From positions 1-64,000 of the forward strand of contig MUGG01000034.1 of NCBI GenBank assembly GCA_002148405.1: a stretch of DNA of 64,000 bases, read 5' to 3'. The notes beneath the pieces were generated by a model that had not been told where the DNA came from, searched no databases, and worked only from the letters and a program-made list of their open reading frames with translations. This stretch comes from Alkalinema sp. CACIAM 70d. GTDB lineage: Bacteria; Cyanobacteriota; Cyanobacteriia; Leptolyngbyales; Leptolyngbyaceae. Of the stretch, positions 11,429 through 21,580 are shown in pieces (within the stretch, counting starts at the first letter, position 1; each line of letters opens with the position of its first letter). Made by a program: the position numbers and the translations under genes.

Positions 11429-12556
11429 ATGACCTCAGATAGTTTGCATTTTACTCAAGGGAATATTCTCGTCGTTGACGATACCCCTGCCAACTTACAC
11501 TTGCTGGCCAAAGTTTTGACTGACCATGGTTATACTGTGCGGCTGGCTCCCAGTGGTCCATTAGCACTACGATCGATCAATGTTTGCTTACCCGATTTGA
11601 TTCTTTTGGATATCATGATGCCGGAAATGGATGGGTATAGCGTTTGTCGATCGCTCAAAGACAATGAAAAGACTCAAAACATTCCCATTATTTTTTTGAG
11701 TGCCCTTGACGAAGCATTAGACAAAGTCAAAGCCTTTAAAGTAGGTGCTGAAGATTACATTACAAAACCATTTCAAGAAGCAGAAGTATTAGCCCGTGTT
11801 GAACATCAGTTAAAGCTTCAATGCTTACAAAAACAATTAATTGAACGTAATTTAGCCTTAGAGCAATCCAATCGAGAATTAGAACAATTTGCCTATATAG
11901 TTTCCCACGATCTCCAACAACCCTTACAGAGTGTAACTGGGTTTATCAAACTAGTTAAAATGCAGTACCAAGAAACACTGGATGATACCGTACTCGAATA
12001 TCTCGATCGGGTGGCAGCAGCCGGTGGCCGAATGCAACAGTTAATTCATGATTTGTTAATCTATGCCAAGGTCGGGCGAGAAGCGCTCGACTGGACAGCA
12101 ATAGATTGCAATTTGCTCTTGGAAATAGTCATTGAAAACCTAAGAGTTACGATCGATGAAAAAAATGCTGCCATTCTTTACCAAGACTTGCCAACACTAC
12201 AGGGTAATGAAACTCAGTTAATTCAACTGTTTCAAAATCTAATTAGCAATGCATTAAAATTTGTTCCACCCAATGTACTCCCCCAAGTCAAGATTAGTGC
12301 AGAAAAACGAGGCAATGCTTGGTTATTTAGCATTCATGACAATGGCATTGGCATCAAACCCGAAAACCGAGAGCAGATTTTTGAAGCATTTCGTCGCTTG
12401 TATAACAGCAAGACCTATCCAGGGACTGGCATTGGTTTAGCAACCTGTAAAAAAATTGTGGAAAACCATGGAGGGCGAATTTGGGTAGACTCTCAATTTG
12501 GCATTGGCACCACGTTTTATTTCACCCTGGAGCAACCTATCTACAAATTCAGTTAA
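11429..12556 (+). CDS. Receiver-modulated histidine kinase (REC-HisKA-HATPase_c)
   Basis: REC shows ILVVDDTPANL...LLDIMMPEMDGYSVC. The H-box is FAYIVSHDLQQPLQSV. The ATPase motifs are DNGIGIKPE...GTGIGLATCKKIVENHGG. Confidence 0.85.
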   Translation: MTSDSLHFTQGNILVVDDTPANLHLLAKVLTDHGYTVRLAPSGPLALRSINVCLPDLILLDIMMPEMDGYSVCRSLKDNEKTQNIPIIFLSALDEALDKVKAFKVGAEDYITKPFQEAEVLARVEHQLKLQCLQKQLIERNLALEQSNRELEQFAYIVSHDLQQPLQSVTGFIKLVKMQYQETLDDTVLEYLDRVAAAGGRMQQLIHDLLIYAKVGREALDWTAIDCNLLLEIVIENLRVTIDEKNAAILYQDLPTLQGNETQLIQLFQNLISNALKFVPPNVLPQVKISAEKRGNAWLFSIHDNGIGIKPENREQIFEAFRRLYNSKTYPGTGIGLATCKKIVENHGGRIWVDSQFGIGTTFYFTLEQPIYKFS

Positions 12557-12567
12557 ACGCTCAAATT

Positions 12568-13926
12568 CTACTGGGTTGACTCCTGCGATCGCAGGGCATT
12601 CACCACTCGATCAAGGCCGACGGCGCGGGAGGCTTTGAATAAAATCCGATCTCCCGATTGCATCAAGGTTTGCAGCCGTTCTACGATCGCTTCGTGACTG
12701 TCAAAGGTTTCCGTCGGCACTGGGGTGGCCCCCTGGGCTAGGGCTTCAGCTTCCGCAGGATCGGCCAAAATCAGCAAGTGATCAATCTGGAGTTCCCGCA
12801 CCTGTTCCCCCACTTGACGGTGGAACGGAACCGAAAATTCCCCCAATTCCCGCATTGTGCCCAACACTGCAATGCGTCGATTTCCAGGCGTTTGCGAAAG
12901 CAGCTTGAGGGAGGCCAGCATGGATTCCAGCCCAGCGTTATAGGTTTCATCCAAGAGCGCAATGTCATTGGGTAACTCATAGCGTTTAGCCCGTCCACCC
13001 GGCAAATCGATCGCTAATCCGGCCTCAAAGGGCTGCCAACTCAAATTCAGCGCCTTTAAAACCGCCAGCGCCCCCAGGTAATTGATCGCGTTGTGTTCTC
13101 CGGGTAACGGCAGTGGGTATTGCACTCCCGCAATTTCGATCGTCTCTCCATCCGGCAACTGGCCCTGCAAATCCCCTTGGGTAAAGCCATAGGACAAGGT
13201 TTTCCCCTGCCAAACCTTGGCGGCTGTTTGGGTCAGCAACGCATTATCTGCATTGAAAATTGCGATCTTGTCCGGGGCCAATTCTGCAAACAATTCACAC
13301 TTAGCTTCGGCGATCGCTTCGCGGGAACCCAGTAACTCAATATGGGCTGTGCCAACGGTGGTAATTAATCCGATCGTCGGTTCGGCAATCTGCGCCAGTT
13401 CCGCAATTTGACCCCGACCCCGCATCCCCATTTCAATCACAGCAAAGTCATGATCCGCTTCCAATTGCAACAGGGTCAGCGGTACGCCAATTTCATTGTT
13501 AAAATTTGCCTGACTTTTGAGCACCTTGCCATAGTGGGATAGCATCGCCGCCACCAGTTCCTTCATCGTGGTTTTGCCCACGGATCCCGTAATGCCAATC
13601 ACCGGAATCTTGAACTGTTGCCGCCACCACCGCCCGATCGCTTGATAGGCTTGCAGGGTATTGTCTACTTGAATTAACGGCAGGGCAGCGTCTGCAACGG
13701 AATATTGTCGATCGACGATGGCGGCGACGGCTCCCTGGGCGATCGCGGTTTTCACAAACTGATGCCCATCAAAGCGTTCTCCCCGTAACGCTAGAAACAG
13801 TTGTCCCGGTTGAATTGCACGGCTGTCAGTCGTAATCCCTTGGGCAACTTGGGCTAAATCTTCCAAATTCAAGCCAGTGGCCTGGGTAACTGCAATTAAT
13901 TGAGCCAGAGACGCATGGAACGGCAT
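12568..13926 (-). CDS. murF: UDP-N-acetylmuramoyl-tripeptide--D-alanyl-D-alanine ligase
   Basis: Mur ligase P-loop GITGSVGKTTMKEL, MurF-like layout, 452 aa, ATG start. Confidence 0.9.
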   Translation of the reverse strand: MPFHASLAQLIAVTQATGLNLEDLAQVAQGITTDSRAIQPGQLFLALRGERFDGHQFVKTAIAQGAVAAIVDRQYSVADAALPLIQVDNTLQAYQAIGRWWRQQFKIPVIGITGSVGKTTMKELVAAMLSHYGKVLKSQANFNNEIGVPLTLLQLEADHDFAVIEMGMRGRGQIAELAQIAEPTIGLITTVGTAHIELLGSREAIAEAKCELFAELAPDKIAIFNADNALLTQTAAKVWQGKTLSYGFTQGDLQGQLPDGETIEIAGVQYPLPLPGEHNAINYLGALAVLKALNLSWQPFEAGLAIDLPGGRAKRYELPNDIALLDETYNAGLESMLASLKLLSQTPGNRRIAVLGTMRELGEFSVPFHRQVGEQVRELQIDHLLILADPAEAEALAQGATPVPTETFDSHEAIVERLQTLMQSGDRILFKASRAVGLDRVVNALRSQESTQ

Positions 13927-14126
13927 AGGTTTGGGGGTCGCAGATGAGTAACAACGATCGCGCTAGCCAACCATTGAAAACTGAATGGCTTGCTTTGACA
14001 AGCATTTTTCGTCGGCTCATTCGATCGGCCAACCGTCATTCCCAAGATTTTCTATGCAAAACGCTAGCCAAGCGAAATTTCTTTGCTATAATACTAAAGC
14101 TTGGAAAAACCAAGTGATAACTGTGC

Positions 14127-14207
14127 GCGGATGTGGCGGAATTGGTATACGCGCACGCTTGAGGTGCGTGTGGCATTGCCTTGCGAGTTCGAGTCTCGCC
14201 ATCCGCA
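14127..14207 (+). tRNA. tRNA-Leu (anticodon GAG), type II with long variable arm, no encoded CCA
   Basis: Hand-folded. The acceptor GCGGATG pairs with CATCCGC. The D-arm is GCG/CGC with a GG loop. The anticodon stem CACGC/GCGTG carries loop TTGAGGT. The variable arm is TGGCATTGCCTT. The T-arm is GCGAG TTCGAGT CTCGC, with discriminator A. Confidence 0.85.
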
Positions 14208-14210
14208 TAA

Positions 14211-14243
14211 AAAGGGGAAAAGCAAATGCTCTTCCCCTTTTTT
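14211..14243. terminator. Bidirectional intrinsic terminator between tRNA-Leu (+) and the AAA ATPase gene (-)
   Basis: The GGGGAAAAGC...GCTCTTCCCC hairpin is followed by TTTTTT on the plus strand and by an A-run (T-run on the minus strand) upstream. Confidence 0.6.
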
Positions 14244-14256
14244 GTATCTTCTTTAC

Positions 14257-16344
14257 CTAGCCCAGCCGAAACTCTTTGCTCCAAGTTGGAAATTCTTGGC
14301 CTATTTCTCGGCCATAGAGTTGCAACCGCGAAATATTTTGGGTGCCAACTTTTTGAATCAACTGGCGCATTAGGGCAATCATTTTGGGCATCTCCGGCGC
14401 AGGAGTCGCTTCAAACATCACCTGCAAGCAGCCATTACGCAAATTGGCTTTGGCCTGAATCCCCTGGGCTTGCAACGATCGCGCCATCAATGCCTGAATC
14501 TGCATCAATGTATTTTCCGGGGTCGCTGGGGGTGGGGCAGCACTCGGAACCGGGGGCGGCGGTTGTAAGGCGGCAGTTGGGGGTTGCTCCATGGGGCGGT
14601 TCGATCGCTCCGTCAGTTCGGCGGGAACGGGGGGCGGGGGTTGGTCAAAAACAGAGGCGAGGGCGGGGTCGATCGTAGGACTTAAGCTCGCACCCGTGTT
14701 ACTAACCGTGTTACTACTTCCAGCGCTGTTACCCACGGAGCTGATGCTAATTGAGCCTGCGACCGTAGCAGTATTTTGCGGTTTCCCTTGCCCATTGTTT
14801 CCCTCAAAATTCGCCTCGATCGCGGGCTGTTCCAACAACCCATCCTGGGTTAATTCCTGTTCAAACTGCGTCAAACTGCCCTGTACAGACTCTTGGCCAT
14901 CATTTTCCAGCGGCATCCAATGGTCAGCCCCCAAATACTCATCCACGGGAATATCTTCTGGCTGAAGCGTCGTTAGCAAGCGATCGGTTAAATCGTACTG
15001 ACTCACCGAGGCAAGGCGATTGGCCTGCCGTTCCACAATTTTTTCAAACAAATTCCGCACCAGACGAGCATTACCAAAGGTTTTGTCCCGATTTTCATAG
15101 ACACTTTGCAAGACCTTGAGGGTAGCTTGCTGGGCGGGGGGCGTGAGGGTGAAATGGCTTTTTTCAGCCAGTTTGAGGAAAATTTCTAGGAGTTCATCGG
15201 GCGTGTAGTCGTTGAAGTAAAAATAACGGTTAAAGCGGGATTTTAAGCCAGGGTTGGACTCAATAAACGCTTGCATTTCCGCTTGATAGCCTGCCACTAC
15301 AACCACTAGCCGATCGCGGTGATCTTCCATGCGTTTCAGCAAAGTATCGATCGCCTCTTGGCCAAAGTCACGGCCATCGCCCGGTGGCTTCAGGGTGTAG
15401 GCTTCATCGATAAATAACACCCCATCGAGCGCTTGATTGACCAGTTCGTCCACATTCTGCGCCGTTTGCCCGACGTAGCCCGCTACCATCCCCGATCGAT
15501 CGGTTTCCACCAAGTGTCCCTTAGTCAGGAACCCCAAGTCTTTGTAGATCTTGCCCATCAGCCTTGCTACGGTGGTTTTTCCGGTACCCGGTGGGCCACA
15601 AAAGACAGCATGGAGGGACACCGGGGTTTTGGCTAATCCCCGTTGCGATCGCACCTGTTGCACCCGCAAGAAATTCGTCAGGGTTTTGACCTCTTCTTTC
15701 ACCTCCGTCATGCCAATCAACTGATTCAACTCCGCCATCACATCTGAAAGCTGGGCAGGATTGGACGCAGATTGGGCAGCAGCGGTTGGATTGACAGAGC
15801 GATCGTTTCCTGACAAATTAACTGCCGGATTGGCTGCATTACTAGAACTGTTATGCAGTAACTTCCAAATCAACGACAGGGCATCCATCTCCTGCATTGT
15901 GACTTGGTTATCGGCTTTGATAATAATCTGGGCAAATCGATAGATGGCGTTGATGACATGGCTAGTGTACTGTGCCCCTTGATTGCGGTCGATCGCCTCT
16001 AGTAGTCCTGGCAAATCCAAGCGATCGATGGCTCCATCCTGTTGCGTAAAGTCCATGATCAGCTTGAGCGTCTGCTTCTCATACTCCCGCCGAGTTTGGC
16101 TGGAGTAGTCCCACAGGTGCAACGCCACATTTAATTTATCTTTATCCGCTTTGACCAGCCCAAACAGCACCAAGTAGGCCAGCAATTCATTCGAGCTAAT
16201 ATCCGCATTGCTGCGACCACAGATTCGCACCACCCGCGCCAAGTCCGTCAAAACATAGTCGCCATAGGCTGGGCCCAACTGCAACACTGGGGCAAGCGCC
16301 TTATACAGCAGATTCGCCTCTTTAATAATCTCCTTAGCTTGCAC
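14257..16344 (-). CDS. AAA+ ATPase of the CbbX/SpoVK subfamily, with an N-terminal about 165-aa domain and Pro/Ser-rich linkers flanking a C-terminal about 90-aa domain
   Basis: VFCGPPGTGKTTVARLMGKIY...LFIDEAYTL...VVVAGY is a typical CbbX-type ATPase core. The apparent start is GTG, immediately followed by AAGGAG. Confidence 0.75.
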   Translation of the reverse strand: MQAKEIIKEANLLYKALAPVLQLGPAYGDYVLTDLARVVRICGRSNADISSNELLAYLVLFGLVKADKDKLNVALHLWDYSSQTRREYEKQTLKLIMDFTQQDGAIDRLDLPGLLEAIDRNQGAQYTSHVINAIYRFAQIIIKADNQVTMQEMDALSLIWKLLHNSSSNAANPAVNLSGNDRSVNPTAAAQSASNPAQLSDVMAELNQLIGMTEVKEEVKTLTNFLRVQQVRSQRGLAKTPVSLHAVFCGPPGTGKTTVARLMGKIYKDLGFLTKGHLVETDRSGMVAGYVGQTAQNVDELVNQALDGVLFIDEAYTLKPPGDGRDFGQEAIDTLLKRMEDHRDRLVVVVAGYQAEMQAFIESNPGLKSRFNRYFYFNDYTPDELLEIFLKLAEKSHFTLTPPAQQATLKVLQSVYENRDKTFGNARLVRNLFEKIVERQANRLASVSQYDLTDRLLTTLQPEDIPVDEYLGADHWMPLENDGQESVQGSLTQFEQELTQDGLLEQPAIEANFEGNNGQGKPQNTATVAGSISISSVGNSAGSSNTVSNTGASLSPTIDPALASVFDQPPPPVPAELTERSNRPMEQPPTAALQPPPPVPSAAPPPATPENTLMQIQALMARSLQAQGIQAKANLRNGCLQVMFEATPAPEMPKMIALMRQLIQKVGTQNISRLQLYGREIGQEFPTWSKEFRLG

Positions 16345-16408
16345 GGCAGTTCTCCACAGATGAAAGGCTGAGGGTGGATCCTTGACGGGATCAGGCTGTT
16401 TCCTTCTT

Positions 16409-16440
16409 ACACTATGCCCGATTTACACTATGCCCGATTT
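16409..16440. repeat. 16-nt direct repeat x2 (ACACTATGCCCGATTT) in the divergent promoter region between the AAA ATPase gene and btpA
   Basis: Two perfect adjacent copies, followed by CTCACCATGA-like repeats. Confidence 0.8.
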
Positions 16441-16640
16441 CTCGATCGAAAGTTGGGGTCTAAATCACTTCGTAGTTGGCAACTCGCCATTATCTCACCA
16501 TGACTCGCCATGCATTACTCACCATGATCGATTAGGCCAAATCCCCGCAAAAAGCAAATCTAGATTAAATCTAAACAGCTCTCGTTTTAGGATAGATGTA
16601 AGATAGACCTTGCTTTAAAACGCCAAGACTCATAGCTCAC

Positions 16641-17516
16641 GTGGACTTAAAACAGATCTTCAGAACCCCTAATCCTATCATTGGTGTCGTGCATTTGATG
16701 CCCCTGCCCACCTCGCCCCGTTGGGGAGGCAGTCTACGGGCGATCGTCGATCGCGCCGAACAAGAAGCAACGGCCTTGGCGGCAGGGGGCGTGGATGGCA
16801 TTATTGTGGAAAACTTTTTTGATGCACCCTTTCCCAAGGATCAGGTCGATCCAGCGGTGGTGAGTGCCATGACGGTGGTGATCCAGCGGCTGCAAAGCTT
16901 AGTCACGGTACCGATCGGGATCAATGTCCTGCGCAACGATGCTCGCAGTGCGATCGCGATCGCCAGTTGTGTGGAGGCTCCCTTTATCCGGGTGAATGTG
17001 TGGACGGGCGCAATGGTCACCGATCAGGGCGTGATTGAAGGCAAAGCCCACGAACTGATGCGCTATCGCCGGGAACTGGGCAGCGATGTCAAGATTTTTG
17101 CCGATGTATTGGTGAAACATGCCCGTCCTTTAGGCACACCCAATCTGACCACTGCGGTTCAAGACACGATCGAACGGGGCTTGGCCGATGCGGTGATTTT
17201 CTCTGGTTGGGCCACAGGCAGTCCTCCCGATCTCCAGGATTTGGAACTTGCCAGCAGTGCCGCCCAGGATACCCCCGTCTTTATCGGTAGTGGAGCCACC
17301 TGGGAGAATATTCCCCAACTGATGCAAGCGGCGGATGGCGTGATTGTCTCCAGCTCCCTCAAACGGCAGGGCAAACGGGATAACCCGATCGACCCCATTC
17401 GCGTCAGCCGATTTGTGGAAGCAGCTCGTCGGAGTGTGGCCCTAAAACAGAGCCAACCAAGCGAGGCTTCAGCTCCAACCGAGACCCCAACAGTACAGCA
17501 GCAAATACGAGCCTAG
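16641..17516 (+). CDS. btpA: BtpA/SgcQ family protein (photosystem I biogenesis BtpA-like TIM barrel)
   Basis: IGVVHLMPLPTSPRWGG...GVDGIIVENFFDAPF matches the BtpA N-terminal signature. The apparent start is GTG. Confidence 0.8.
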   Translation: MDLKQIFRTPNPIIGVVHLMPLPTSPRWGGSLRAIVDRAEQEATALAAGGVDGIIVENFFDAPFPKDQVDPAVVSAMTVVIQRLQSLVTVPIGINVLRNDARSAIAIASCVEAPFIRVNVWTGAMVTDQGVIEGKAHELMRYRRELGSDVKIFADVLVKHARPLGTPNLTTAVQDTIERGLADAVIFSGWATGSPPDLQDLELASSAAQDTPVFIGSGATWENIPQLMQAADGVIVSSSLKRQGKRDNPIDPIRVSRFVEAARRSVALKQSQPSEASAPTETPTVQQQIRA

Positions 17517-17839
17517 GGCACAGGCTCTTTCCCCAACTATCCTTCTTCCAGCGGGCGCGCCTAATTCCCCCTTAATTCAGCAGACCGACTATCCACGTCG
17601 GTCTAGAACCAGATTTTGAACCAAATTCTAAGCAGGGTTTAGAGCCAGCAAAGATCAGCTAATTCACTTTGATTTTTCTGGGAATACCATGAGATCTTGG
17701 CTAGAAATGGGAACACTGAACCTATCGTCTGGGATCTACCTCAAATGCCATCCTGATCACATTAGTATTGGGATCTCCCTAGGCAGATGGGAGGAGGTCT
17801 GTACAGCCGATTACTTCATCCTTGCACGAGTGCTCCCTT

Positions 17840-18976
17840 ATGCGCCTACAGTTGTCTCCCGGCATTAGCTACTACATTCGTAAGTTACTTCGACAAAACC
17901 TCGATCGCTTAAAATTTGACAGCCAGCAGGGAGAAGGAATCCAAGCTGATGCAACCAGCGATCTCAATGTAGTCCTTTCCAGCCTCTACGACAATGAGCA
18001 GCGGGCTAACTCGGTAGTGGATGAACTGGAACGGCTAGCCCTCGTCCACCAAAGTTTGAGTGGACAGGGTGCTAGGAATCGCCCAGAATTGCAGAAAACG
18101 GAAGAAAAGATTTTTTCGCTGCTGCACCTCAAACCCTTTGATGGCAATCATAAGGGCACTGTCCTGATTGTGGATGATGTCCAAAGTAATCTCACCCTAC
18201 TATCGGCAGCGCTGAAGCGGCAAGGCTATGACATTCACACGGCCCTGTCTGGCAAGGAAGCCATGGCATCGATTCAGAATGCCATTCCCGATGTGGTGCT
18301 GTTGGACATTATGATGCCTGATATGGATGGTTATGCCGTCTGTGAGTATCTGCGCAACTACACCCTCACGCAGGACATTCCCGTCATTTTTGTTAGTGCA
18401 ATCCATGACGCTTCCAGTAAGGTGAAAGCCTTTGGGCTAGGTGGCTCGGACTATATTACCAAGCCCTTTCAGATTGAAGAAGTTTTGGTACGGGTCGATA
18501 ACCAACTGAAAATTCGCAGCCTGCAAAAACGCTTAGAAAACCAGAACGTGCGGCTCCAGGATGAACTGACCGAACGGCGGCAAATGGAGGAGCGTTACTT
18601 CAGTTTGTTTGAACGATCGAACGAAGGAATGTTTCAAAGCAGTCCAGAGGGGCGGTTCTTGAAAGTGAATCGCGCCTTAGCCAATCTCTACAAGTACGCT
18701 TCCTGCGAAGACCTGATTGCTGCCATGACGGACATTAGCACTCAGCTTTACGTGCAACCAGAGCGACGGCAAGACCTGATTCAGCAATTACGGCAACAGG
18801 GACACATCCTGGGTGCAATCTCCGAGGTGTATTGCCAAGATGGAAGTACCCTGTGGATTACTGAAAATATTTATGCTGTCCGAGATGCTCGGGGCAAGAT
18901 TCTTCATTACGAAGGAACCGTTCAGTCTGTGGAACAGGGCGCAGCAATGTCTATGCCGCAATTGCAGTTGTCCTAA
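17840..18976 (+). CDS. Response regulator: receiver domain plus C-terminal PAS domain
   Basis: The REC motifs VLIVDDVQSNL...VLLDIMMPDMDGYAVC begin about 100 aa into the ORF. The ORF-track start at 17822 is TTG, and the first ATG is at 17840. The C-terminal part is a PAS-like fold. Confidence 0.7.
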   Translation: MRLQLSPGISYYIRKLLRQNLDRLKFDSQQGEGIQADATSDLNVVLSSLYDNEQRANSVVDELERLALVHQSLSGQGARNRPELQKTEEKIFSLLHLKPFDGNHKGTVLIVDDVQSNLTLLSAALKRQGYDIHTALSGKEAMASIQNAIPDVVLLDIMMPDMDGYAVCEYLRNYTLTQDIPVIFVSAIHDASSKVKAFGLGGSDYITKPFQIEEVLVRVDNQLKIRSLQKRLENQNVRLQDELTERRQMEERYFSLFERSNEGMFQSSPEGRFLKVNRALANLYKYASCEDLIAAMTDISTQLYVQPERRQDLIQQLRQQGHILGAISEVYCQDGSTLWITENIYAVRDARGKILHYEGTVQSVEQGAAMSMPQLQLS

Positions 18977-19122
18977 ACTAGGAATGCATAGCGAGTGTAA
19001 ATGTGGTACGTCTGCAAGGTATTGTACGTTTGCAAGGTATTTTATAATCGCGTGCGCTGACAGGGGTGGTTGAAACCCAGAAGGGAATCAGTAGAAAGCT
19101 CCATTAATACTCAGTTAATCCT

Positions 19123-19164
19123 AAATTAGCGATCGGTGTTTCCGGAAACGCCGATCGCTAATTT
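19123..19164. promoter_or_regulatory. 42-nt near-perfect palindrome (21-bp arms, one G-T wobble) between the REC-PAS gene and the flotillin gene
   Basis: AAATTAGCGATCGGTGTTTCC|GGAAACGCCGATCGCTAATTT checked base by base. It is either a terminator-like hairpin or an operator site, and has no U-tract. Confidence 0.5.
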
Positions 19165-19416
19165 GTAGCTACCCTGCGATCGTGTCAGCCCCCATCAATT
19201 TATGACACTCCCCAGTCTTGTCTTGGTAACCTTAGTGCATAAGTGCTGGGAGATCCGCTCTACTGGGATACCGATCATCTCTATCCGTCATCTCATGCTA
19301 GGCCGAGTCTCCCCAGCCAACCTGCGCTGACACAGGATTTTGTGTTGGTTCAATTTTGAATTTTGACGTTTCCCCTACATTCCTTCAAATTCTTTTACGA
19401 GTTCGAGCTTTTACCT

Positions 19417-21576
19417 ATGAATCGCTTCAAATCCTTGTCGTTGCGGCCAGCTCGTCTGTTGGCTCAAGTTGCGGCTTCTGTTGTAGCTTCTAGCGCGATC
19501 GTGGCAAGCAGCACTATCCTCCAGCCAGCCTGGGCCGAGCCCCTCAGTAAGCCCGTTATACCATCTAGTGCGTTACTCCGTTCGACGCCAGAACCGACCT
19601 TCGCGCAGACCCTTTCCTTCAATCCAGCCAACCAGTCAGCCTCTTCACGCAACACTGCTGGATCGATCGCGACCCTGCAACCGATCGTCGTCAGTAGCTT
19701 GCCAATCTGGAGCTTCCCCTTGGCCGTAATTGGAACGGGTTTAGTCGTCATGTTCGCCGCAGGTCTGGTGATTATTGGTGAACGGGAAGTGGGCATTGTG
19801 GTTAAAAAAGTCTCCTTTGCGGGCAAAAGCTTGCCACCGGGACGACTAATTGCGCTGAACGGTGAGGCAGGTTATCAAGCCGATACCCTGGCTCCTGGTT
19901 GGCACTGGGGCTACTGGCCGTGGCAATATTCTGTGCGCAAGGAATCGGTGGTGGTGATCCCCCAGGGCCAAATTGCGCTGCTGGTGGCCAACGATGGTGA
20001 GGCGATTCCTTCTGAGCGTATTCTGGGTAAAGTGGTGGAGTGTGACAATTTTCAGGATGCCCGCAAGTTTTTGCTGCATAAGGGCGAAAAAGGTCGGCAG
20101 ATGGGCTTTCTAACGACGGGAACCTATCGCATCAATACGGCCCTATTTAAGGTGATTACTGCTGAAACGGCTTCTAAGGAAGGGATGACGCACGATCAGT
20201 TAATGGTGCAGCACATCGTTCCCGATAAAGTGGGCATCGTGACGACCCTGGATGGGATGCCGATCGAACCAGGTGAGATTGCTGGGTGTACCATTCCCGG
20301 CCACAACAATTTCCAAAATGGCCAAGCCTTTACTCAAGGGGGCGGTCGGCGAGGGTTGCAGGAACAGATTTTGCTATCGGGGTCGTGGAACTTGAATCCC
20401 TGGCTGGTACAGGTGGAGCAGGTGCCGATGACGGAAATTCCGATCGGTTATGTGGGTGTAGTGATTTCCTATGTGGGCAAGGCCCACGAGGATATCAGTG
20501 GCGCGGCCTTTACCCATGGGGATTTGGTGCATCCCGGCCACAAAGGGGTGTGGACAGAACCGCTCTATCCCGGTAAGCATCCCATCAACACGCGGGTCAT
20601 GAAGGTGGAACTGGTGCCAACGACAAATATTGTGTTGAACTGGTCAGGCCGGACGGAACGCCATAACTATGACGCCAAGCTGGGCGCGTTAACCGTGCGA
20701 TCGCGGGATGGATTTGCCTTTGACCTAGAGGTGGCGCAGATTATCCATGTGGGGGCGTTGGATGCGCCGAAGGTGATTTCCCGCGTGGGCTCGATGCAGA
20801 ATTTGGTCGATCATGTGCTGGAACCGACGATCGGTAACTATTTCCGTAACTCGGCTCAGGATTACACGGTGTTGGATTTCCTGAGTGCTCGGAGTGAGCG
20901 GCAGACGGAGGCAGCGGAATATATTCGGATCGCACTGCGGGGTTACGACGTGCAGGCGATCGATACCCTGATTGGCGACATTCAACCGCCGGAAAGTCTG
21001 ATGCAAACCCAGACCGATCGCAAAATTGCCGAGGAACAGCGCAAAACCTACGAAGTGCAACAGCAGGCGCAAACCCAACGGCAGCAACTGGTGCGGGAAA
21101 CCTCCTTAGCGGAAATTCAGGCGGATCTGGTGCGATCGGAGCAAAACGTCAAAATTGCTGAATTGCAAGCTAATTCTCAGGTTAAGCAGGCTACCGGGGA
21201 AGCGGAAGCCACTCGCCTACGGGCCGGTGGGGAAGCGGATGCCGTCCGATCGATCGGTCAAGCCAAGGCGGATACCTACCAAGCTGGGGTAGAAGCGTTG
21301 GGTGCCCACAGCTACACCGCAATGCAACTGATGCAAATTATCGGCGATCGGCATGTGCGGTTGATTCCCGATATTTTGGTGGGGCAATCGGGCAATAGTT
21401 CCGGGCTCGTAGATGGGTTGTTGTCGATGATTTTGTGGAATCAAGCCCAGGAACGGAGCGACGCAGGCAATCCAGACAAATCAGCCAATCCAGACAATCC
21501 AACCCATCCAAATCGCCCGAGCGATCGGCCTGCCAATCCGCCCCGTGTGATTGAGCCCCCCTCCAACATGCCTTAA
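19417..21576 (+). CDS. Flotillin/SPFH (band 7) family membrane protein with a long N-terminal extension
   Basis: An N-terminal hydrophobic segment precedes an SPFH-like core. The C-terminal flotillin coiled coil reads QQQAQTQRQQLVRETSLAEIQADLVRSEQNVKIAELQA. The track start at 19363 is TTG, and the first ATG is at 19417. Confidence 0.75.
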   Translation: MNRFKSLSLRPARLLAQVAASVVASSAIVASSTILQPAWAEPLSKPVIPSSALLRSTPEPTFAQTLSFNPANQSASSRNTAGSIATLQPIVVSSLPIWSFPLAVIGTGLVVMFAAGLVIIGEREVGIVVKKVSFAGKSLPPGRLIALNGEAGYQADTLAPGWHWGYWPWQYSVRKESVVVIPQGQIALLVANDGEAIPSERILGKVVECDNFQDARKFLLHKGEKGRQMGFLTTGTYRINTALFKVITAETASKEGMTHDQLMVQHIVPDKVGIVTTLDGMPIEPGEIAGCTIPGHNNFQNGQAFTQGGGRRGLQEQILLSGSWNLNPWLVQVEQVPMTEIPIGYVGVVISYVGKAHEDISGAAFTHGDLVHPGHKGVWTEPLYPGKHPINTRVMKVELVPTTNIVLNWSGRTERHNYDAKLGALTVRSRDGFAFDLEVAQIIHVGALDAPKVISRVGSMQNLVDHVLEPTIGNYFRNSAQDYTVLDFLSARSERQTEAAEYIRIALRGYDVQAIDTLIGDIQPPESLMQTQTDRKIAEEQRKTYEVQQQAQTQRQQLVRETSLAEIQADLVRSEQNVKIAELQANSQVKQATGEAEATRLRAGGEADAVRSIGQAKADTYQAGVEALGAHSYTAMQLMQIIGDRHVRLIPDILVGQSGNSSGLVDGLLSMILWNQAQERSDAGNPDKSANPDNPTHPNRPSDRPANPPRVIEPPSNMP

Positions 21577-21580
21577 AACC

